From: Thermodesulfovibrionia bacterium | Lineage (GTDB): Bacteria; Nitrospirota; Thermodesulfovibrionia; UBA6902 | Assembly (NCBI GenBank): GCA_041629615.1 | Contig: JBFKMY010000001.1 | Location: 1-27,577, forward strand | Direction: 5' to 3' | Length of the DNA stretch: 27,577 nt | In this document: piece by piece, positions 17,124-24,800 of the stretch | Numbering within the stretch: position 1 is the first letter of the stretch | Layout of the letters: every line of letters begins with the position of its first letter | Made by a program: the position numbers and the translations under genes | The notes under the pieces: model-generated | The model's input: the letters and a program-made list of their open reading frames with translations, nothing else | What the model was told of the DNA's origin: nothing | Database searches by the model: none

Positions 17124-17789
17124 ATGATTTCACAAGAGAAGAGAAAATGTGAAAGACCTGACATTTTTCTCATTATTAAATTCAGAAGGCGCGAAAAATC
17201 ATACCGGTATTCTTTTGGTGTTACCAGTAATGTTTCTCACAGGGGGGTCAAATTTGAAGCGAGCGACAGCAGCTTCGGTCCGGGAGAAGTTTTGGAGATA
17301 TTGCTGAAACACCCTCATGATGAATTATCAGTTGCAGCCTCGGGGCAGATAGTCTGGAAAAGGTCTGGCTGGTACGAATATGAGATGGGCCTGCAGTTAC
17401 ATGAAATGGACCAGGAGGCCAGCGGTAAGCTGGAAGACCTGATGACAAGCGCAAAAGAAGACCCTGTCGGGCCTCATGTGATCAGCGGCGACAATGGAGA
17501 TGAAGATGACGCGAATAAGGTACAGATGCTGGCGCGTAAATTGTCAGTGCGCCGTATCAGTGCCATACCCCCTGTGATGGAAGTAAAAAACGAAACACCA
17601 TTGTTTCGTCAGGGACATGATCATGCATTAAGCGCACATGCTAAAGCACAACGGGAGAAAAAATCACTGCTTAATAGAGAGCGCTTCGATTTGATGAGGA
17701 TGTTTTTAATACAGCAAAAAAACAGAGGATGGTCAGCCATACGGGCATGGGCAGACATAATGAAAAAAACAGGAAATGGCCGGCCATAA
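17124..17789 (+). CDS. PilZ-domain protein with an uncharacterised C-terminal extension
   Basis: RxxxR (EKRKCER) and (D/N)xSxxG (NVSHRG) c-di-GMP motifs, plus GQIVWKR and GLQLHEM strands. ATG 17124 has SD GAGGG; the ORF is open from 17082. Confidence 0.8.
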   Translation: MISQEKRKCERPDIFLIIKFRRREKSYRYSFGVTSNVSHRGVKFEASDSSFGPGEVLEILLKHPHDELSVAASGQIVWKRSGWYEYEMGLQLHEMDQEASGKLEDLMTSAKEDPVGPHVISGDNGDEDDANKVQMLARKLSVRRISAIPPVMEVKNETPLFRQGHDHALSAHAKAQREKKSLLNRERFDLMRMFLIQQKNRGWSAIRAWADIMKKTGNGRP

Positions 17790-17906
17790 CATCACGGGCT
17801 GTTTTATGGAAAGGATCCTTAATGTAAAGATCAGATCCCAAGAGAGCACCAGAAACATAAAACATCATCATCCTGCCGGTTGATTTTAAAATTATATACC
17901 TAAAAT

Positions 17907-17915
17907 TGATATAAT
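17907..17915 (+). promoter_or_regulatory. Extended -10 promoter for alaS
   Basis: TGATATAAT in an AT-rich tract. A second TATAAT at 17937-17942 lies inside the palindrome GCATAT-A-ATATGC. Confidence 0.5.
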
Positions 17916-17987
17916 ACAGTATATTATTTACTTGCATATAATATGCCTGTATCCAGACCTGATTGTTTGCTGCATTTCTCGTTTGAC

Positions 17988-20615
17988 ATGGAAAGTAAAA
18001 AGATAAGACAGTTGTTCCTCGATTTTTTTAAAGAAAAAGGACATGAGGTCCTGCCCAGTTCCCCCCTTTTACCCGTCAATGATCCTACACTTCTCTTTAC
18101 GAATGCCGGAATGGTACAGTTCAAGACCGTGTTTCTGGGAGAGGATGAGAGACCTTACAGAAGGGCGGTAACAGTACAGAAATGTCTCAGGGCAGGCGGG
18201 AAACACAATGACCTTGAGAACGTGGGAAGGACCGCCCGGCACCATACTTTTTTTGAGATGCTGGGGAATTTTTCCTTTGGCGACTATTTTAAAAAAGAAG
18301 CATCCCAATGGGCATGGGAATTCCTGACCGAACGGGTCGCACTTCCTGCGGACAAGCTCCGGATAACCGTATTTGAAAAGGACGATGAAGCTGCGGAATT
18401 GTGGGAAAAAGAGGTAGGGGTATCGCCGGAAAGGATTTTCAGACTTGGAGAAAGAGATAATTTCTGGCAGATGGGGGATACCGGACCGTGCGGACCGTGC
18501 TCGGAGATACTGATTGACCAGGGCCCTGAACTGGGCTGCGGAAAGCCCGACTGCCGTGTGGGATGCGACTGCGACAGATACCTGGAGATATGGAACCTTG
18601 TATTTATGCAGTATAACAGGGATTCATCGGGGAAATTGACCCCTTTACCAAAGCCGAGTATAGATACGGGAATGGGACTTGAAAGACTCTCGGCAGTGCT
18701 TCAGGGAAAGGTGAATAATTATGACTCTGACCTTTTCACTCCCATTTTTAAATATGTGGAGGACATCACCGGGAAAAAATACGGCGATGATTCTGCGGTA
18801 AATGTGTCCATGCGTGTTATCGCGGACCATATACGATCAGCGGCATTTGTCCTTTCAGAAGGACTGACCCCGTCGAATGAAGGCAGGGGATATGTACTGA
18901 GGAGGATCATAAGGAGGGCGGCAAGGCACGGTTTCATGCTTGGTGTGCAGGAACCGTTCCTTTTTAAAATCCTTGACCCCGTGTATGAAATAATGTCAGG
19001 GCCCTTCCCGGAACTGGTTGAAGATACGCTGAACAGCAAAAAGGTGCTTAAGCATGAGGAAGAAAGGTTTGCCCATACCCTTACATCGGGGATGACCATT
19101 TTGGAAAAACTGATAAAGGAGATTAAATCATCGGGCAGGGACATGATCCCCGGTGCCGAACTCTTTAAGCTGTACGACACATTCGGGTTTCCTCTTGATC
19201 TTGCCCAGGACATAGCCGGGGATAACGGTCTTGAGATAGACCATAAGGGCTTTAATGATGAGATGGAACATCAGAAGACACGGGCACGGGCGTCATGGGT
19301 CGGAACTGAAGGTGAAGTTGCTGCAGTATATAAGAAGGTCAAAGAGATTTTCCCGGCAACGGATTTTCTGGGGTATGAAACGCTTCACACGAACAGTATC
19401 GTAAACGCACTCATAAAATATAATTCGATTGTTGAAGAAGTCCATGAAGGGGAAGAGGTGGAAATAGTGCTTGATCAGACCCCTTTTTACGGTGAGTCCG
19501 GAGGGCAGGTCGGCGATACAGGAATAATAAAAGCAGACAACATGAGAATTGACGTTGAAAAGACGAGGAAAGTTAATGACCTGCTTATTCATTCCGGTTT
19601 TGTAAAAAAAGGGACTGTCAGAAGGGGGATGGCCGTTCAGGTGACGGTAGACGCAGGAAGCAGAAAAGCCATTATGCGCAACCACACTGCGACGCACCTC
19701 CTGCATGCAGCTTTAAAGGAAGTTCTCGGGGACCATATCAAGCAGGCAGGGTCTCTTGTGGCTCCCGACAGGCTCAGGTTTGACTTTACCCATTTTTTTG
19801 CCATGAGTGAGAAGGAATTAAGTGACGTTGAAAATATTGTTAATGAAAAGATAATCGAGAACCTTCCTGTTGAAGTAACATCCGCGGCCCTTGACGAGGC
19901 AGTCAACAGCGGGGTTACCGCGCTTTTTGGCGAGAAATACGGAGAAGAGGTGCGGGTTGTAAGGGCAGGAGCTTTCTCTGCTGAATTGTGCGGCGGCACG
20001 CATTGCCGTGCAACAGGAGATATCGGGCCGTTCAGGATTATCTCTGAAGGCAGTGTGGCATCGGGGATAAGACGCATAGAAGCCCTGACGGGTCTTGCCT
20101 CACTTGCATTCAATAAGAAGAGGGAAACCGAGCTGTTGAAGACAGCCGGCCTTCTCAGGGTGGGTGAATTCAGCGTTTCGGACAGGGTAATGAAAATTCT
20201 TCATGAAGTTAAACAGTATGAAAGGGAACTTGAAAAAATCAGGAAACGGGCGGTGACCGGTTCCGTAGATAGCATCCTTGAAAGTGCGGTAGAAATAGGC
20301 CGCATAAAAGTGCTTGCCCATAAAGCTGACGGGCTGGACATGAAATCATTGAGAAATCTTGCGGATTCTTTGAAGGATAAAATCGGGTCCGGCGTGATCG
20401 TGCTTGGATCTGCCCTTGACGGACAGGCATATTATGTGTCGACCGTAACAAGGGACATTGTTTCCCGCCTCCATGCAGGCGACATACTCAAGGCAGTGAC
20501 TGGAGGGAAGGGCGGCGGAAGACCGGACATGGCACAGGGCGGTACAAAGGACACGGAAGGAATAGAGAGGGCACTCTCTTCATTAGCTGGTATAATTAAA
20601 GACAAGATAAAGTAA
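17988..20615 (+). CDS. alaS: Alanine--tRNA ligase
   Basis: DPTLLFTNAGMVQFK, RHHTFFEMLGNFSFGDYFK, GPCGPCSEI, DTGMGLER, RNHTATHLLH, ELCGGTH and GGKGGGRPDMAQGG. ATG 17988 (MESKKIRQLF) matches the usual N-terminus better than ATG 17943. Confidence 0.98.
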   Translation: MESKKIRQLFLDFFKEKGHEVLPSSPLLPVNDPTLLFTNAGMVQFKTVFLGEDERPYRRAVTVQKCLRAGGKHNDLENVGRTARHHTFFEMLGNFSFGDYFKKEASQWAWEFLTERVALPADKLRITVFEKDDEAAELWEKEVGVSPERIFRLGERDNFWQMGDTGPCGPCSEILIDQGPELGCGKPDCRVGCDCDRYLEIWNLVFMQYNRDSSGKLTPLPKPSIDTGMGLERLSAVLQGKVNNYDSDLFTPIFKYVEDITGKKYGDDSAVNVSMRVIADHIRSAAFVLSEGLTPSNEGRGYVLRRIIRRAARHGFMLGVQEPFLFKILDPVYEIMSGPFPELVEDTLNSKKVLKHEEERFAHTLTSGMTILEKLIKEIKSSGRDMIPGAELFKLYDTFGFPLDLAQDIAGDNGLEIDHKGFNDEMEHQKTRARASWVGTEGEVAAVYKKVKEIFPATDFLGYETLHTNSIVNALIKYNSIVEEVHEGEEVEIVLDQTPFYGESGGQVGDTGIIKADNMRIDVEKTRKVNDLLIHSGFVKKGTVRRGMAVQVTVDAGSRKAIMRNHTATHLLHAALKEVLGDHIKQAGSLVAPDRLRFDFTHFFAMSEKELSDVENIVNEKIIENLPVEVTSAALDEAVNSGVTALFGEKYGEEVRVVRAGAFSAELCGGTHCRATGDIGPFRIISEGSVASGIRRIEALTGLASLAFNKKRETELLKTAGLLRVGEFSVSDRVMKILHEVKQYERELEKIRKRAVTGSVDSILESAVEIGRIKVLAHKADGLDMKSLRNLADSLKDKIGSGVIVLGSALDGQAYYVSTVTRDIVSRLHAGDILKAVTGGKGGGRPDMAQGGTKDTEGIERALSSLAGIIKDKIK

Positions 20616-20620
20616 TAAAA

Positions 20621-20724
20621 AGGTCCAAGGTCTCAAGGATTCGGGGGTTCGAGCAGAAGCTCATTATATCTCTTGAATCCCTGGGCCCCTGCCTGCCGGC
20701 AGGCAGGCCTGACCCCTTGAATCC
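20621..20724. repeat. Bipartite inverted octamer repeat element with a nested 20-bp palindrome
   Basis: Left arm AGGTCCAA GGTCTCAA GGATTCGG GGGTTCGA. Right arm TTGAATCC CTGGGCC[CCTGCCTGCCGGCAGGCAGG]C CTGACCCC TTGAATCC. Confidence 0.8.
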
Positions 20725-20741
20725 TATTTTTGGAGGGTATT

Positions 20742-21068
20742 ATGACGTTAAACGAAATAGTCCATAAAGCATTAATGCTGGGAATCGGCGTTCCTGAAAA
20801 GGTGAAAGAACTGGTTGATGAACTCGTTGAAAAGGGAGAACTGAGCGAAAGCCAGGGGGCAAAAATTGTAAAGGAATGTTCCGAAAAGGTGAGCAGATCA
20901 GGGGACGAATTAAGCAGAACGGTCTCAGACCTCATAAACAGGACCCTTGAAAAAATAAACATTCCCACCCGTGATGAGGTGGAAAAGATAGAGAAGAAAT
21001 TGACCGCTCTTTCCGCACGGATTAAAAAGCTCGAAGGAGCTTCCAAATCCGGCAGTTATGATACATGA
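20742..21068 (+). CDS. Phasin-like / PHA synthesis regulator-type coiled-coil protein
   Basis: ALMLGIG, VDELVEKGELS, NIPTRDEV and a C-terminal coiled coil. SD GGAGGG precedes ATG 20742. Confidence 0.75.
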   Translation: MTLNEIVHKALMLGIGVPEKVKELVDELVEKGELSESQGAKIVKECSEKVSRSGDELSRTVSDLINRTLEKINIPTRDEVEKIEKKLTALSARIKKLEGASKSGSYDT

Positions 21069-21178
21069 GCAGGCAATGGTTCAGGGGCGGTGCGGGGACA
21101 CCCGGTTTCACTCCCGGGGAGATTGCGGCGGCCTTTAACTGCGGACAGGAATAAACAGAGGGAACAGTTTGTGTTCCC

Positions 21179-22897
21179 GTGATGAAACGGATGACCATTT
21201 CTAGTCTCTTACGATTCTGGTATACATATAAAAATATTACCCGTATCAGGCAAATCGTCAATGTCTTCCTTAAACACGGGTTCGGGCAATTCATCGAACT
21301 GCTGAATCTTCAAAGGTTCATTCCGCTCAGGAAAAAAATAAAATATTTTTCCCGATGGCATGAGGTTGAAAAGCACACGATTCCCCAGCGTTTGAGGATG
21401 GCCTTCAGTGAACTGGGCCCGTCTTTTATAAAACTTGCCCAGATTCTTGCTTCCCGGCCGGACCTTATATCAGGCGACTATGCGGACGAATTCAAAAAGC
21501 TTCAGGACAAAGTACCGCCCTTCTCTTCCGATGTGGCCAGACATATAATTGAATCTGAATTTAAACTATCGCTCATGGATATTTTCGAGGATTTTGAGGA
21601 TGTTCCTGTTGCCGCTGCATCTATTGCCCAGGTCCACAGGGCCTTGCTCAGATCTGGGGAGCAAGTCATTGTCAAGGTTCAGAGACCAAACATACGCGAA
21701 GTTATTGAGACTGATATTGCCATTTTAAATGCCGTTGCACGCCTCATGCTGAGGTACATTCCTGAGAGTAAATATTTTGATCCCAGAGGCATAGTGAATG
21801 AATTTTCCAGGACGGTCAAAAAGGAACTGGATTTTGTTGTCGAGGCAAAGAATGCGCAGCGGTTCAAAAGAAACTTTGCCGGGAAAGAGGACATATGCAT
21901 CCCTGCCATCTATCCTGAACTATTGTCAGGGAAGGTCATTGTAATGGAAAGAATCGAAGGCGTACGCATAGATGATATCAAGGGAATAGACGCTCTTGAT
22001 GTCGATAGAATTGATCTGGCCAGAAGGGGCGTAGATGTGTATTTTAAGATGATTTTTGAAGACGGGTTTTTCCACGCAGATCCCCATCCCGGGAATATTT
22101 TTGTAATGTCCGGCGGGAAAATAGGCATAATGGACTTTGGCATCGTCGGATGGCTGACATCGGATATGATGGAAACTATTGCCAGTACCTTCCTGGCGGT
22201 ATTAAATAAGAATTATGACCGGCTGATTGATCTTTATATAGACCTTGGACTTATAACTGATGACGCTGATACAGAAGCGTTCAAGAGAGAATTCAAGACA
22301 GACCTGGTATATCTCCTGGAGCCGCTCTATGATGCGACGATTTCCGAGGTGAACTTCCCTGCATATCTTGAAGCCCTTACCCATCTCGTTATAAAACACG
22401 GGCTGAAAGTACCTTCCGATCTGTTGCTGATGAACAAGACCATCCTGATACTCGATAATATCGGAAGACAGCTTGACCCGGGGTTTAATGCAGTAACTGC
22501 CGTTGAACCCTATGCAGCAAAACTGGTGAAAAAACGCCTGAGCCCCCAGCGGGTGTTTGATAAAACAAAGGACAACCTTTCAGAAATCAGTGATATTATT
22601 CTTGATACGCCGAAGCAGATAAACAGGCTGTTAAGAAAGACGCTGAGAGATGAAGTAAGCTTTAAGATAGACCCTCTGGGAATGGAAAAACTGATCCTTG
22701 ATATTGATCGTTCAAGCAACCGCCTTGCATTCAGCATCATCGTTGCGGCCATTATCATAGGCTCATCCATGCTCATACAATCCAATATCGGCGGTAAAAT
22801 TTTCGGATTCTCCGCCATAGGCGCCATAGGTTTTCTGGTGGCGATTTTACTTGGCGTGAGACTTCTGATATCAATTTTACGGTCCGGGCGACTGTAA
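21179..22897 (+). CDS. AarF/UbiB/ABC1 atypical kinase family protein
   Basis: LGPSFIKLAQILASRPD, AAASIAQVH, VKVQRP, ELDFVVE, FFHADPHPGN and MDFG, with two C-terminal TM helices. The start is uncertain (21179, 21182 or 21191). Confidence 0.92.
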   Translation: MMKRMTISSLLRFWYTYKNITRIRQIVNVFLKHGFGQFIELLNLQRFIPLRKKIKYFSRWHEVEKHTIPQRLRMAFSELGPSFIKLAQILASRPDLISGDYADEFKKLQDKVPPFSSDVARHIIESEFKLSLMDIFEDFEDVPVAAASIAQVHRALLRSGEQVIVKVQRPNIREVIETDIAILNAVARLMLRYIPESKYFDPRGIVNEFSRTVKKELDFVVEAKNAQRFKRNFAGKEDICIPAIYPELLSGKVIVMERIEGVRIDDIKGIDALDVDRIDLARRGVDVYFKMIFEDGFFHADPHPGNIFVMSGGKIGIMDFGIVGWLTSDMMETIASTFLAVLNKNYDRLIDLYIDLGLITDDADTEAFKREFKTDLVYLLEPLYDATISEVNFPAYLEALTHLVIKHGLKVPSDLLLMNKTILILDNIGRQLDPGFNAVTAVEPYAAKLVKKRLSPQRVFDKTKDNLSEISDIILDTPKQINRLLRKTLRDEVSFKIDPLGMEKLILDIDRSSNRLAFSIIVAAIIIGSSMLIQSNIGGKIFGFSAIGAIGFLVAILLGVRLLISILRSGRL

Positions 22898-22941
22898 GGG
22901 CGTTCCGGGGGCAATACATATTAAACCGGGAGGTGCTGGCC

Positions 22942-23379
22942 ATGACATTAGATGAACTGAAACAATACTGCGCTGGAGAATTTCAGAATATCGACCGTAT
23001 CGTGAATGAGCTGTATTCCTTTTATAAACCCGATAAGACAGCGTATACGCTCGCTGAAGAAGCAGCGATGGCAACGTTTATCATGAATGCCTACAGCGGG
23101 GTCGAGAACGTCCTGAAGCAGATGCTTCTCTATGACAAGCTTGAAATAGCGGATTCCCCGGGCTGGCATGAGAAGGTGCTGAGGAAGGCCGGGGAGATAG
23201 GGATACTCCCCCCTGAACTTTTTCAGATGCTCACCCGGTACCTGTCGTTCAGAAACTATTTTATTTATTCCTATGTCTTTACTATTAAGTGGGATGATAT
23301 GAAGCCGCTGGTTGATGCGATGAAAGATGTGGCTGCAGAGATACGATCAGAGGTTGATGAATATTTGCAGACGATTTAA
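22942..23379 (+). CDS. HepT-like HEPN-fold protein, catalytic His apparently replaced
   Basis: NAYSGVENVLK, GWHEKVL and FRNYFIYSY at the RX4HXY position. SD GGAGGT lies 7 nt before ATG 22942. Confidence 0.6.
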   Translation: MTLDELKQYCAGEFQNIDRIVNELYSFYKPDKTAYTLAEEAAMATFIMNAYSGVENVLKQMLLYDKLEIADSPGWHEKVLRKAGEIGILPPELFQMLTRYLSFRNYFIYSYVFTIKWDDMKPLVDAMKDVAAEIRSEVDEYLQTI

Positions 23380-23389
23380 TCCGGGTCTC

Positions 23390-24601
23390 CTACATCCTCA
23401 ATATTTCCGGCCTGATCCACAGCACCGCAAGTGTTCCTGTCAGGCAAAAACACGCGCTGGTGAGAAGGGCATTTTGTGTGCCGACATAATGTGCCAGACT
23501 TCCCACCATAAAATTCCCTAAGGGCGCCATACCTAAAAACATTGTTGTAAAAACCCCCATTACCCTCCCTCTTAACGCGTCGGGCACTGCAAGCTGAAGC
23601 AGATTGTTTGCGGTGACTATCTGATTGAGTGCGCCAACTCCGACCAGGAATAGCATCACATAGGAGAGCCAGATGTTTTCAGAAAGTGAAAATATGAGCA
23701 GTGCGGAAGAAAAAGTAAGACCCGCCACTGACATGACCAGTCCCCTTCTTGCTATATTCCCTTTCAACGCCATGCCGACTGCTCCGGTAAATGCCCCTGC
23801 CCCGGCAAATCCCATTAATATCCCGAGCCCGCTTGCACCGGTTTTTAAGATATCCCGGGCATACACGGGCAGGAACGAAATGTAGGGAAACCCGAAAAAG
23901 CTGATTATGCCTACTGATATAAGAAGAGTATATACTGCAGGATTATGTCTGACATATTTGATCCCCTCCCCGAAGGACTTTCTCATACCTGTTTTGGGAG
24001 AAGATGTATCGCCGGGGGTGAATTTCATTCTGAGCAGTGCTGCGATGATGGCGATAAAACTTGCGCTATTGATAAAGAAACAGGATGCCATTCCCGCAGA
24101 TCCCATGACAAACCCCGCAATGGCCGGCCCGATCATGCGGGCGCCGTGAAAAGCGGTCGAATTCAGCGCAATGCCGTTGAGCAGGTCGTCCCTGCCGACC
24201 AGTTCAATGATAAATGACTGCCTGGTGGGTATCTCAAACGCATGAACAGTTCCTATACAAAAGGCGAGAATGAGCACATGCCATATATTTACCATACCTG
24301 TTGCCACTAAAACCGCGAGTGAAAGGGCAAGCAGCATCAGTACACTATGCGCAGTGAGAATAATCTGCCTTTTGGGATACCTGTCAGCAATAACACCCCC
24401 TGCCATGGTAAACATAAGAATCGGCGCTGACGCTGCAGTTCCGGCGAGCCCCAGAAAAAAGGGAGAATTCGTTAATTCATACACCAGCCATCCCTGGGCA
24501 GCCTGGTGCATCCAGGTCCCTGTCAGGGATAGTATCTGTCCGAACCAGAACAGTCTGAAATTTCTGTGCTTAAGTGCCGCAAAGGGATGATATGTTTTCA
24601 T
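23390..24601 (-). CDS. MFS transporter (MFS_3 / transmembrane secretion effector-like)
   Basis: FAALKHRNFRLFWFGQILSLTGTWM, GGVIADRYPKR, ARMIGPAIAG and VPDALRGRVM, with ~12 hydrophobic segments. ATG 24601 is preferred over the ORF start at 24664. Confidence 0.9.
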   Translation of the reverse strand: MKTYHPFAALKHRNFRLFWFGQILSLTGTWMHQAAQGWLVYELTNSPFFLGLAGTAASAPILMFTMAGGVIADRYPKRQIILTAHSVLMLLALSLAVLVATGMVNIWHVLILAFCIGTVHAFEIPTRQSFIIELVGRDDLLNGIALNSTAFHGARMIGPAIAGFVMGSAGMASCFFINSASFIAIIAALLRMKFTPGDTSSPKTGMRKSFGEGIKYVRHNPAVYTLLISVGIISFFGFPYISFLPVYARDILKTGASGLGILMGFAGAGAFTGAVGMALKGNIARRGLVMSVAGLTFSSALLIFSLSENIWLSYVMLFLVGVGALNQIVTANNLLQLAVPDALRGRVMGVFTTMFLGMAPLGNFMVGSLAHYVGTQNALLTSACFCLTGTLAVLWIRPEILRM

Positions 24602-24609
24602 GGTCAGTA

Positions 24610-24618
24610 ATGATAACA
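24610..24618 (-). promoter_or_regulatory. Extended -10 element 8 nt before the MFS start (leaderless-type)
   Basis: TGTTATCAT-N8-ATG with no SD in between. Confidence 0.4.
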
Positions 24619-24736
24619 TACCCCGCCGGGCAATCAATGAGCAATGCAAAGGGGAAGCAGACATTGACTATATCACTCATTGATCAGCGCGGGCTTCATA
24701 ATCAGAATAGTATATATATTTGATATTTCTCTTTTT

Positions 24737-24769
24737 CATTTGACATTTGCGCTTTGAAATTTGTCATTT
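24737..24769. repeat. Heptamer tandem repeat (NNTTTGN x ~4.7)
   Basis: CATTTGA CATTTGC GCTTTGA AATTTGT CATTT. Confidence 0.55.
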
Positions 24770-24784
24770 CTTCTTTCCCTGTTG

Positions 24785-24793
24785 TGGTATAAT
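24785..24793 (+). promoter_or_regulatory. Extended -10 element 7 nt before the metal-binding lipoprotein start (leaderless-type)
   Basis: TGGTATAAT-TTTATCG-GTG with no SD. Confidence 0.55.
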
Positions 24794-24800
24794 TTTATCG

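Noticed and set aside
24605-24620. TAATGATAA as a Fur/Zur box for the metal ABC operon
   Set aside because: Half site only, ~180 nt from that promoter, and better explained as the MFS -10 element.
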